DNA from: Chara braunii | Lineage: Eukaryota > Plantae > Charophyceae | Direction of reading: 5' to 3' | Assembly: GCA_003427395.1 (NCBI GenBank) | Contig: BFEA01000044.1 | Span: forward strand, 2,656,454-2,716,745 | DNA length: 60,292 nucleotides | Part shown: positions 38,401-50,700 of the stretch, in pieces | Numbering within the stretch: the first letter of the stretch is position 1 | Layout of the letters: each line of letters starts with the position of its first letter | The notes under the pieces: generated by a model | The model's database searches: none | What the model was told of the DNA's origin: nothing | What the model saw: only the letters and a program-made list of their open reading frames with translations | Program-made: the position numbers and the translations under genes

Positions 38401-40637
38401 TTTGGGCGGGGAAAAAACGATTCTGGGATTTATTGATAGGGCGAATCCGTCAAAGGTGTTAGATTAGTGAAAAGGTTAGTGGATTAGGAGCCAGATGAAA
38501 AAAGTGTTGTGCAGAGCTATGGTGAATGGGAGAGGAGAATGTATTAGCCAATAGCGAACGGAAACAGGTGACGGAGGAGGAGGCCCGGGGGTTTTCAAGG
38601 AGGGCGACCCCAGATCTAGAGTCAGATTAGTATAAGAACTAGTGTTAGAAGAGTTCGGAAGAAAGAGTAAGCGCCGAGCTATGGCGGAAAAGGGGAACGA
38701 CGGGGAGCAGAAAACGAGATACCCCTCGATTCTTAATGGAATCGAGTAGGGTAAAAGTTGGAATAGAGATTTTTGGACGAGTCGATTTCGATGGTAGTGT
38801 TAGTTTTGACAATAGGTTAGTGAGAAGTTAGTCGAAAAGTAGGTTGTGCCTAGTATGGCAGTGAATACTTCAGCGTTTTAGCGGAAGATTCATTCAATTT
38901 TTGTCAGTCGTTTCCGTGGGGATGCTGCAGGCGGGCAGCGAAGGTGGAGACTTACCTGTTACCCGGTGTGTTGCTCCTCCTACCAACGGAAAACTCTTTC
39001 TCTTCACCTCTTGCATGTGTACAACAACTCGTGCACCTGGTCATATTCTACCGAAAGGTTCGACCGAGGCAATAGCGGGCAGGCAACGAACAGACGGGTG
39101 AGCTTGAATATCGCACAAGAGAGAGAGGGGGCAGAGAGAGAGAGAGAGAGAGAGAGCTATGAGAGGTAAGGATGGAAGGCCAGGCTTACCTGGCCAACTG
39201 AAGTCGTACGAAATACCGAGTCGACAGTGAACGTCGCCCTGTTCTGCAGGAAGATCCACTCAGATAGAATATGCCCCGTCGGGTGAGACAATGAGTGGCG
39301 GGCCGTGGGGTTGGAGACTTTACCTGTTGGCCAAAGTGCGTACTGCATCCTATGAGATGCACCGGGCTGTAAATCGGTGGAGGTTCACCACAAGTTTAGC
39401 TTGAGGGTGCATCTTGTTGATTGTTGCAGGAGATTCATCGGTAATTGGGTATTCCCGGGGGAGAGACTGCTTGCGGCCGCCTGAACAAAAGTTTGGTTGT
39501 CTACGGTCGATGGAGCGGGAAGGTGAGCTCGCCTATCTATCAAACGCACAACTGTTTGGGCAAAGACGACAGCAGCGAGGGGGCCACAGGGGAGGGGAGT
39601 CTGTCGATCTGGCCGAAAAAAAGGGGCTGCTGTCTGTGGGCCGCTACGCGGGCCCATCCACCGTTTAATACAACAAGGAAGGGGACTGCTGGCTGAATGC
39701 TTACCTGACCGAGGCCGTACCCATCTCGCCAAACCAAAGAAGTGGAGAGTGAGCTGGGAGGCTGCAGATCCTGTCGGCCAGACTATGGGCCACCCATCTC
39801 ATTAGCCGGAGCAGCCGAAGGACAGGCGTGGAGCACAAGTTTGCCCCTCGGCTGGCATACTGCAGTTACGTAGCTAGCCTGACTGCGCAATGGATTCACT
39901 ACGAAGGAGGGAGGGGCTGTGTTTTGTGCCACTAGCCCCATGACTCGAGTTGTGGCCATGGCAGGATAGACCTCGAGCTTCTGCAGGATAAGCTGAGCGT
40001 TTGAGAGAGGTGGATTGTCGTTGAGATTGAGGTAGTCGTCAAGGAGAGGACTGTTGAAGATTGACTTTGGTTTGATCGAGTTGCTGTGCACTTTTGGCCA
40101 TCATTGCGGGGCCCCAGCCAGGCGCCTGGACCTGACAAACGCGGCCGACCAACGGCCTCAAGATAACAAGGCCCTCTCCTGAGAGTTGAGTTGTCCCCTT
40201 CTTGTATCTCGAGAGTCTGAAACCCCTCACTCTATCCTTCTTACTCTAAGTCTAATCCTGGTTACAAGAGGAAGGCGGCAGGCAGGATTGCAACCCATAG
40301 GACCGCAGCAAAACTCTGTGGGTCGTAAGCCCACCGATTATGGGAGCTCTGTCGGAACTCAGGAGTTTTGGAGGCAGGGAACTGAAAGGTAACCATTGCT
40401 TTCCTTCGATAAACCCTGTTATAACCCCTATCGATATCTCTTGCTATGTTTGACTGAGTATACTGCCTGTGCCCTTATGTTGACTTTTGGTTTGTTTTAA
40501 GACAAGGACTGGATAAAGGAAGGTCTGCACAATGTCAGTTTCAGTTTTATTGTTTGACTGAAGTAGATTGTGGGGTTGCATCTGAGGGAAGGATGGGAGG
40601 AAGGCAATATTGCTTGTCTGATTGGGTTAATCAAAGG

Positions 40638-41357
40638 CTGGGCAAGTCCCCATAAGTTTGGGGAGGCCCAGTGCTATGTTTATTTTTGATTGCCTGGAGA
40701 ACCAGACATGTTCCATAAGTTTGGGTGGTCTGGTTGCTCTTTGTGAGGACTGACTGAGATTGATTTTTTAGGGACCAAGCACGTTCCATAAGTTTGGGTG
40801 GCTTGGTCGCCTTTTTTACTTCGGGTTTCTTTTAGTTTCTTTTGGTTCTGAACGAGGAGGTCTGAGCATGTTCCACAAGTTTGAGTGGCTCAACCGCTTC
40901 CTGCTTTGGCTTTAAGAAAAAAAAACAGGTTGAGGACCAAACATGTTCCATAAGTTTGGGTGGTCTTGGTCCAATGCCACACACATGCTGAAACCGAAAG
41001 GTTATAACTTGGCTATATTTTACTACTACATTACTTGTGAACAGGCCAGTCAGACAAGGTTCCATAAGTTTGGGTGGTTTGACTATAGCTTATCACAAAC
41101 TGAAGAGAGTATTATAAAAGTAAACTTGTGGTAAGAAGGGGCAGGCTGGATCTTGAGCTAAAGATGATCGGTTCAGTTATATGCTACCTCAAAAGACTAA
41201 GTGTAGATAATTATATAAAACAAGGATACTTAAACAGTTCAGGGCGACTAGGGTGGCCTAGTCATATGCTTAAAGAAGAGAAAAGTTGTTGTGCCCTATA
41301 TTTGTGTATACTCCATGGTTGAGCTAGACATGTTCCATAAGTTTGGGTGGTCTAACT
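40638..41357 (+). ncRNA. Array of 7 predicted stem-loops with conserved core AYGTTCCATAAGTTTGGGTG and co-varying closing stems
   Basis: Each core is flanked by a different but self-complementary pair, e.g. ACCAGAC/GTCTGGT, GACCAAGC/GCTTGGTC, CTGGGC/GCCCAG, TGAGC/GCTCA, AGTCAGAC/GTTTGACT. Spacers between units are unrelated. Confidence 0.7.
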
Positions 41358-41641
41358 TTATGCCCTATGTAAGCTGGGTATAAAGGGATAAATCATTGAA
41401 AGACTATGAACTATTGTTTGATAAGTTGACTTTGGGATGGTGAGAGTACTTACCTTTGTGATTTGGCCTGCATGTGGCTCAGTGAGACTACTACTTAGTC
41501 CGAGTTTCAGTTCGACAGGTAGTTGCTTTAGTTGCTCGCCATGTGCTAGAGTCATAAGAGTTAGTTTCAATTCCTGCATTTTCTGAGCTAAGTTTTTTTT
41601 ACTTAGGTCAATTTCTGCATTTTCTGAGATCTTTTGTTATA

Positions 41642-42285
41642 CTTGGTTTTGTATAAATTTTGGTAAGCTACTTTCTTTACGGGAAGCGCTGCCGAAATTT
41701 CTACAAAACCAAGGAGTTAGTCAGATTCTATCTTTTCAAAGATTTTGTCTAACATTTATATACGACTTAGTAAAAATCTGACGAGTCTCCTTTTCTAAAG
41801 GGAGTGCTGGCCGAATTTTTGCTAATTCAGGGAGTTAAGACAAAATTAGACCTTGAGAAGTCAAAGTCACTTTAGATTCTGAACTTAGCTTTGTATAAAT
41901 CTTGGATTAACACTTTTCTAAAGGGAGTGTTTCCGAAATTTTTACAAATCTAGGGAGTTAGTTAAATTTTGTCTTAATTAAACTCGGGTTTTGCTCTGGG
42001 TTCATATCAGACTTAGTAAAAATATGGAAAGTCTTCTTTTCTAAAATGAGTGCTGCCCAAATTTTTACTAACTCAAGGAGTTAAAAAAAACTTTCCAAAA
42101 TTAGAGTTTGGTTTTCGTTTTCATATTTAAGTTACTATAAATTCTGAGAAGGCACTTTTCCTACGGGAAGCGCTGCCAAATTTTTCTTAGTTTAGAGGAG
42201 TTAGATTATATTTTGACGGATGACAATTCTGGTAATCCACTCTATATAGAGGAGATTCTGCCAAAGGTCTACCTTTTCTTTAGGA
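41642..42285 (+). ncRNA. Array of 5 (plus 1 degenerate) ~70-nt long hairpins, the five clear units each followed by GGAGTTA; period ~120 bp
   Basis: Stems include CTTGGTTTTGTA...TACAAAACCAAG (unit 1) and TTAGTAAAAAT...ATTTTT(G/A)CTAA (units 2 and 4). The 3' arm (G)GGA(A)GYGCTGCCGAAATTT is conserved. Confidence 0.65.
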
Positions 42286-44505
42286 ACTGACTGAGGGGTA
42301 GACTCAGGCTTCGTTAAGTAGAATAATTATTTGTAAGATCATGATTATGAAGATTATTCCCGATTCGGACTCATAGATTTAGCTTGGGGATTGACCTGTC
42401 TTGTGTTACTGGTCCTCTTGATCGTTTGATTCAGGATCTGGAATAGATTCAGCTTGATCCCACGAGGATCATCTTCTGTTATCACTAATAACAGGTCGGT
42501 TGCCGATTCATCTGTTTACGACTGAACTCCAATCCACTCTTGCCGCTCAACCTAAAGGCTTTAGCCTGTGGTTTGAATTGTTTTGTTGTCTTTTCGCCCG
42601 GACTTTATTTAAATGGCCATTTAAAGAAAAGTACCAAGTATTTTATTTTGAGGAGTTGCACAAGAGTGAGGCTTGCATGGCTAAAACAAGGGGTACGCAT
42701 GCAAAGAATGGTTGAAGTTGACCTCGTGTAGTGCATGGACTTTTGGTTGAATCTTCGTTGTGATTGCAGGTATGTTTTGTGGTGCGGACATTGGGGTGAC
42801 CACCTGCGATCATATACATATATATGGCTGAGAGGAGTCTCACTGTGATTGTGAGAAGTGATCGTGACATAATTATAACCCTCTATATATATATAAATAC
42901 ATATGTCTTGAGTGTTTTGGGCGGTCTACTGTGACCGCGCATAAGGGTTGAATAAATTTTGCTTTTGAGAGAAAAGGGAGATCGCTTGTTATCCTTTGTT
43001 TTTTAGAGGTTTTTATAGTTGGATGTTGTAGTCCGTGGCAGCCGTCAAAGTCAAACCCCTTGATTTCTCTCCAACCCCTGGATGATGAAGTTGGTCTTCA
43101 GGGCGATAAGAGACGATTACCACTTTAGGTATGAACAAGTGTACCACGCACTCTCCGCAGGGTGCATAAGAGGGTGTGGTTCACAACCACACTTGGCGGT
43201 TGTCCAGCGTCGAGAGATCAATCCTGCAGAAGAGGGTCTGGTTCTCAACCGCACTTGGCGGTTATCCAGCGTTGAGAGATGAATCCCTCAAGGTGCGTGT
43301 CAGCCGACATTTGAGTGTCGAATGCGACCCTCGAGATTAAAGAGGACTTGTGTCGCATGAGTATAGGTACTACATAGTACGCTATCATTGCGACTACTTG
43401 TGTATGCTTGCATTGCAAGTCGGTATGAGGTTAGCCCTGCGTCCGCGCGGTTTTATACTAAGTCTCGCACGCAACACCTATCTGATTTTCGCATCGGAGA
43501 ATTATGGGATGACCACTAAGGGACTAGGAGTGTTGTCGCGTTGTTTATTCTGTGTCATTATATGTATGTGTATGTGTGTGTGTTTTTATTTTTATGTTCT
43601 TTAGAGTGGTGTATGCGTGGTGTGTGGGATGCGTCCTAGTCGACCGACGACAAGTCGCGCTTGGGACCTCAGCCCCCCAAGGTGTCGGTTCGCGTGCGGG
43701 TCCAATAGAGGCGTAAAGCCGCGCATACCCCTCTGCGATTGCAGACGATTAGCTTTCGTACTTTGGACTGGTAGCTCGGCGGGGATACGCCCACCGGAGG
43801 GAGGTGACAACTCCCGTAAGGTGGAGTTAAGTTGTGCCTCCCGTAGGCCCTATCCTGTCGTAGGGGCTCATGAGAGGTATGGCTGGCGTCCGGAGCACAA
43901 GTTGGAAAGGATGCTCCTCACATAAGCCACAAGCTAAATCCTACTCTGGAGGTGCATGACATCAATATATAAGACCCGTTCGCCCTAGTGAAATAATTGG
44001 CCAATCATCTAACCACACCACATAGATAACGACAATGGTGTAAGATGATTCAAACATCGACATTGAATAGCTAACTGATTTTTCTCACGTGTTATTTCAC
44101 GAATTTCCTATTGGGTGAGAGTGATGCAATGAATACAGTTCAAAATCCTCAAATATGCCGATCGCGTGCGGTCAAATGGCCCGCGGACACGACCGCGAGT
44201 GATATTTAGCTTTAAGGATATTCTCTCGACCTGCTCTAGATCCTTCTCGTACTAAATGGCAAATTCCCTCGTACCAGGCGACAAACGATGAATCTGATCT
44301 GGATTCACGTAGTCACGTCGGGGTTGCCAACCCTTGCGCAGTTCATTCGGGGCGCGTGCAGTAGACAGGTGCACCAAATAATTATACGCACGCTGAACTT
44401 TGGGAGGATGCTCGCCCAATCAATCTGATCGGGTCTAATGTACATGCGCAACACTTGCTGGAGCATCTGCTCAGGCTGACCGTTGGTCTCCGAGTGTCTT
44501 CCGGT

Positions 44506-44717
44506 GACCCATATACTTCCATCAACTGCTGTCAGTGCTCACCTGTCAATCTACTATCACTTTCACTAACAATCGTCAATGGGTGTTCATAGTCCTTGAC
44601 CCAATGGTTGAAGAATTATCTAATCAACAAGTCTGCTTTTGCCTCGGCAGGCAGCGGAATAAAAACAACAAATTTGCTAAACCTATCTACAACCAGACTC
44701 TTCCTGTTCTTGCTTTT
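44506..44717 (-). pseudogene. Gypsy integrase fragment, probably from the family A minus copy
   Basis: The minus strand reads VVDRFSKFVVFIPLPAEAKADLLI...QQLMEVYGS. Confidence 0.8.
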
Positions 44718-47700
44718 TGTTATGATCCTGGCCAATTTCAAAGTACACATTCATCAAAAAGTGCAATGTCGTCCAATTGCAAAAAGAAATGAATGAACTT
44801 GAGATGAGAGAGAGGGAAAGAAGAAGAAGAAAAAAAGAAATAAGAAGATGATGTACACCAGCATAGACCAATGATAATCCTCTTCTTCTTCGCCAACCAC
44901 TCTCCTCCTCCTGATCTCCTCCCCTAATAATAATAATAATAATAATGAATGGTTGAACCACAATCAATGTCCGAATCCGTCTTCTACTGCAAGTATCACA
45001 TGAGGTCAACCATAGCCATGGTCGCCCTTCTTCCTCCTTCCAAGGCCGAGGCTATGTCGGACTACTAGGGACTGGCCCTGAAGTGCAGAGGACAACTCAA
45101 GCAGCTATGGCCGCTCTCGCTCAGGCCGCCATACCTGACTCTGCCTTGAAGCTTCTTGGTGTAGCTCTACCCCCGCTAGGGCCTTCTTGCTGCAGCGCCC
45201 ACCAAGGTAATGAAGATGACAACCACCATAGCCAGGCAAGTACCTCTGGCGCTCCCCCTTTCTAGTCCTGGTCTTCTCCCTCCTCTTGTCCTTAATCCTC
45301 CCCAGCTGCGCTGCTCCTTGCTAGCGCCTCTCCAGCCAGCGCTCCAACTAGTGTGTCGCCAAACTTGCACACTGATAATGAAGAGCACTTTGCTCCTCCT
45401 GGAGATATAGCAGCCTATTTGCCTCTTGACGAGTGACTTCCCAGGCGGCGCGGCCTCCCAGCAACCGGTACCTCCTCCCTTTCAGAGGGAAACATCATTG
45501 CAAACTTTGATTTTGCCCGTACAAGCCCTAGACTCAGACTGGGTCTCTAAAAATGCCAACTTTTGTCTTCTTTTGCTTGTCCTCGAGGCAGCCATGCCTA
45601 ACTCTGCCTCGAAGCTTCTTGCTGTAGCTCTACTTCTTGCTGCAGCGCCCACCAAGGTAATGAAGATGGCAACCGCCATAGCCAGGTAAGTACCTTAGGC
45701 GCTCACCCTTCCTAGTCCTGGTCTTTCTTCCTCCTCTTGTCCTTGCTCCTCCCCAGCTGCGCTGCTCCTTGCTAGCGCTTCTCCAACAAGCGCTCCAACC
45801 AGTGTGTCGCCAAACTTGCACACCGATAATGAAGAACACTTTGCTCCTCCCGGAGATATAGCGGCCTACTTGCCTCTTGGCGAGTGACCTCCCAGGCCGC
45901 ACGGCCTCCTAGCAAAGGGGACCTCCATTTGGGAGGGAAACGTCATTGCAAACGCTGATTTTGCCCGTACAGGCCCTAGACTCAGACTGGTTGGACTGGT
46001 ACCCGCCTAGACCTCGCCTACAACTACAGGGGCTCTAAAAATCCCAGACTCAGACTGGTTGGACTGGTACCCGCCTAGACCTAGCCTACAACTACTGGGC
46101 CTTTTAATGCCAACTTTTGTCTTCTTCTGCTCGGCCTCGAGTACCCAGCACATCTACCTTGACCCGGTGTGGTACCGGCCTACCGGCCTACCTGCTACTT
46201 GAGTGTTTTCCTCTTGCTTCAAGTGTCAGGGGACCTCTTTCCCACCACTTGAGTGGTTTCCCCGCTGCAACCCTCAATGCCACGGCCATAGGTAAGTACT
46301 GGCCTTTCAGGCCCTTTGAACAAACAAGTGCCCTTGCGGGTCACACACACACTCAAGCCGACAAGCACTCAAACAAGCATGCAAACCAGCAAGCATGCAC
46401 ACACACAAACTTGGAGAACTCGACAACAAGGGGGAAACTCAACAAGGCATTCATTCCATGAGCAAAACTCAGAAATCAGTTGTGTGTCTCAGTCCGTGTT
46501 TCGCAGGGTCCTTACACTACCCCCCTCTCAAGAGCGAGGTCCCTTCAAGCGAGTAACTCACTCCAAGTTCCCGACAAGCGCATCGTAAGCGAACATAGCA
46601 AAAATATTTTGTGAGTACTCAGTAGCAGCGAGCTTTGCAGAAATTTTTGGTACAACGTTAGAGGCGATCTGTCGTTCGTATCCTTTAACAGCACGAGCGC
46701 CGAGCAGCTCTTTCTTGGAGATCCAATAGAGATCGTCCAACGGTTGGTGCATGAAATGAACCTCATATTGTCTGTTACCGCCTTGATTGCACGAGGGATC
46801 ATGTTCTCACGATATTTGGAGGTACTAGAATCACCATATATACAGCTTTGATGTGTGAAAGACTGGATACGTGCGCAGATGAGGTGGCACAACAATCACA
46901 CACGAAGAACCGGACTGATCATTGCCAATCACATCCAAGACTTCCCACGGACCATAATAGACAGGGAGAAGTTTTATGACACCCCCTTTTCTTCCGAAGA
47001 TTCAGACATCTTGACCCACACATAACTTCCCACTTCGATATCCGAAGGTTTGCATTTCTTATTTGTATGATAGATCATGGCGTGTTGTCGCTTGGTCATT
47101 GCTGCAATTGCAACCTTGAGCAAGCAATCATACTTCGCGCTGAAGCCAGGCCTGCCAGGTGTTAGACCGGTCCGCTGTTCGGAGGATAACTATGAGAGCG
47201 TATTACGAATCTCCCAACCGTAATGCAGCCTATTTGGCATCATGCCAATGGAAGAATGGATGGAGTAGTTGTACAAACCCTTGACAATACAACTTTTTGT
47301 CCCATGTTTCATGATCCGGAATGATTTAAGGCACAAAGAAGTTGAAACACAGTCTGATTAATCTCCTCCGCCAAGTCGTTGGCTTCGGGATGTGGACCAG
47401 ATGTCATGCTCAATTTGAGACCAGGGAGTTGGGATGTGAAGTCCTTCCATTCAATGCTTATGAAGCGCGGGTCCCGATCAGTCACAAGGGTTTTCGGCGC
47501 CCCGAACTGCAGAATGTACTTCTGGTGGAACTCATGGATCACAACTTCACTTGGGGCATGGGGTGGCAATGGGATCAGATTCAGAAATTTGAAAAATCGA
47601 TCAACAATCACCATCACTTGTGAAAATCCTTTCTTAATTACCTTTCCCATGCTCTGTGAAGTCGATGGAGACAGACTCTCCGGGACCATTGGCAATGGGA

Positions 47701-50700
47701 AGCGGTTGGAGTAGCCCAATGGGCTTTTGTCTGGACGGTTTGACTCGTTGACAGACTTGACACTCAGCCACAAACCTTTCAGCAAATCCTTTCATACTAG
47801 GTCAGTCAAATTGTTGTAATAGGTTTTCGTAGGTTTTGCCAAGCCGAAGCGTCCACTCTGACCGTGACCATGAGCGAAGTCCAAGAAGTGTGTGCGGATA
47901 GGCTCATGGTTGGGTTCACACAATCGGTCATACTTTTCGTAACGTCGAAAAACCAAACCTTCGCATTTGTGAAAATCAGGTTCTGCCAGGGGCAGCTTGA
48001 AATTGCTTAAGGATTGGAATGAGGTCGGAATCCTTAGCAGTTTACTCTCCTAGTTCCTCCTTCAATTTCTTCTGTAGGTCGTAAGAGTTTACAAGGCAAG
48101 TCATGTACTCGGGGTGGCGAGACAATGCATCAGCAACTCGATTATAACAACCCTTTTCGTGTTTCATGTCAAAGGCAAAGATGTCAATTTCATGGAACCA
48201 GCGAGTCCACGTGGGGGACAAGGTAGTTTGCTCCTTGATCCATTTCAAGGTTTCATGGTCTGAGAAGACCTTGAAACGACATCCTAAAAGATGGTGCTTC
48301 CAATGGTTCAATGCTTCCCGCAGAGCATAAAGTTTGTGCACGTAAGTGGAAGTAGCTACCTTTTCACAGGGCATAAGTCTATTGTAGTATTCGAGTGGCC
48401 GCAAACCATTACCATCGTCTTGTTGCAGCATTGTGCCAATCCCATATTGGCTTGCATCCGTAGTGACTACGAATGTAAGTTTGGAATCTGCAATGTGGGG
48501 CACATGATAACTTACCAAGGGTTCTTTCAAGGATTGAAAAGTGGTCTCACATGTTCCATCCCACGTGTAAGATACATTTTTGCTTGTTAGTTTGGACAAC
48601 GGGCGAGAAACAATAGAAAATTGGGGCACGAACTTCCGATAGTATGATGCAAGACCAAGAAAAGAACGCAATTTCTGGACGTTCGCGGGTTGAGGCCACA
48701 TGCGTATGACCTCAACCTTGGTTGCCTCAGGCTCGAGGACTGTAGTAGACAACGGGTGCCCAAGATAGATGACGTTGTTCCGCCCTTAGATTTCTCTAAG
48801 TTATAATAAGTTGAGTTTTCGTGAGGATGTTGAACACTTCCTCAAGGTGCTTCATGTGTTCCTCAATCAATTTGCTAAAAATCAGAATATCATCCAAATA
48901 CACAACCACAAATCAACCAATCTCTTCGCGGAGAACCTTGTCCATGAGACTTTAAAAGGTGGTTGGTGCATTCGTGAGACCGAAGGGCATTGCAGTGAAA
49001 TCGTAAAGCCCATCGAGTGTCTTGTACGCAGACTTGTGTTGGTCTGGAGGATCGACTTCAATCTGGTGGTAGCCAAACTTTAGGTCGATCTTGGAAAAAA
49101 CCTCGCACCTACCTACAAATCAAGCAAATCATGTGTGCGTGGTAATGGGTATGAATCAATACACATACAGAGCTTGCCTCCTTTTTTAGGGACAAACAAA
49201 ACGAGTGCACCAAATTCAAATTCGCTAGGATAAATCCATCCCTGGTCCATCATCTCATCAATCTATTTTCGAAGTCCCAACTCGCCGGATCCCATACGGT
49301 CTATGCACCCCCTTGGAGGAACTGCACCTTCGACCAGCTAAATCGTATGCATGACCAAACGTGTGGGGACTCCACGTGGTTCACCCAGAACTTCCGAGAA
49401 TCCGTCGAGTAGGCTTCGGATGTTTGTTGGGACCGGTGGGGGTGGGGAAAAGGATCACCTAGATCAGGTCACAAATTATTAATGGAGGCAACCCATTGTG
49501 AAGCAGAGTCATTTGGACAAGAGGTAGGTAGTAAAGTGTTAGAAGTAGATACATTATGTGAAGTAGAACTTGTACTAGGTGCAAAAGTAGAGGGCACATG
49601 AGTAGGACGAACGACAGCAACATACAACTGTTTGTCCTCATTGTGCTTGCGCCACTTCCTGCAGATTTGTATGGGAGTCACGTGGGATTCGTGCTTCTCA
49701 TCCAAGAGGACGGGAAGCTCGTTCCGTTAAGCGTCTTTGACCATGAAAATTGGCTCCTTCCACTTGGTCCATTCACATTGGGATTGCAACCAGCCCATGC
49801 CGAGGACTGCATCAAAGGGACACATATCACGGACACAAAAGTTCAATGCGTGGGTGACCGCCTTGTCCTTGTCAAAGGTAGTGCGAACACCTTTGTCTAC
49901 ATGCAAAACCCACTTTGCGTATCCCGTGCAGTGACACAAAGTTAGTTGTGGCACCACAATCAATCAAGACACAATATAACAGTGATCTATGAGAAGTTTG
50001 AAGAAGATTAACCTCACTGTCCCTTGCACGCTCATGTTTCATCTCAGCGCAATGCTCTAGGCGATAGTAAAAGTCGACCTTTCCAGACTCCTCCCAAGGC
50101 TCAACATACAAAGCATGACAAACTTCACCCTTGGAATCAGCAGATGATGGGGCTTCAAGAGAGGACTGCTGATTTGCGCCAGGTTCAGTCTCCCTTGCTA
50201 TAGAGGGTGCTGATGTCCACTCTACCCCCGATTCTGGTTTTCTTGCAGCATATAACAATCTTGGACTTTGTGATTCGGTTTCAGGCAATGCAGGCATACT
50301 CTTTATTGAGCCTACTCCTCCAATCATTTTCAGTGATCCAAACGTCGACCCAAGGTTTTGTGGTTGCACCCTCCGATTTCATTGGGATTTTGACTCCATT
50401 AGGAAGTTGGGACATAGTTCTTCCCTCAATTCCTAATGGTCCCTTTCTATTGGCAATCTTTTTAAAGGCAATAAAATTCTCCTCATCGTGGTTCGCATCA
50501 GACTCATGGGCTGCAGAGGGACAAACTTTTTCAAGGTCTTGTTCTTGATATTCACCAAGAGTGGGGTCGTCTGCATAGGCATCCTCGTCCACCTCCAACA
50601 GGTCATGCACAACAAAAGGGTTACTGCATCCAAACAAGATTGTTCGCTCATTTCTAATCCAGAGGTGGCAAACATCTGGCTATGGTAGGTTTGAAGGTTT

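Larger units (their letters stand above)
37421..43809 (+). mobile_element. ORF-poor, probably retroelement-derived segment (large LTR or internal accessory region) carrying hairpin arrays
   Basis: No recognisable protein. TATA-like and splice-like signals on +. Ends ...GGAGGTGACA (LTR-like end). Boundaries are uncertain. Confidence 0.4.

Noticed and set aside
40638-41357. CRISPR array
   Set aside because: The context is eukaryotic with no cas genes, and spacing is irregular (about 60-270 bp). The flanks pair with each other rather than being invariant repeat sequence. Reported as a structured-RNA array instead.
31740-43809. TGTCACCTCC...GGAGGTGACA as termini of one 12-kb element
   Set aside because: Only a 10-bp match, the flanks give no TSD, and there is no further similarity.
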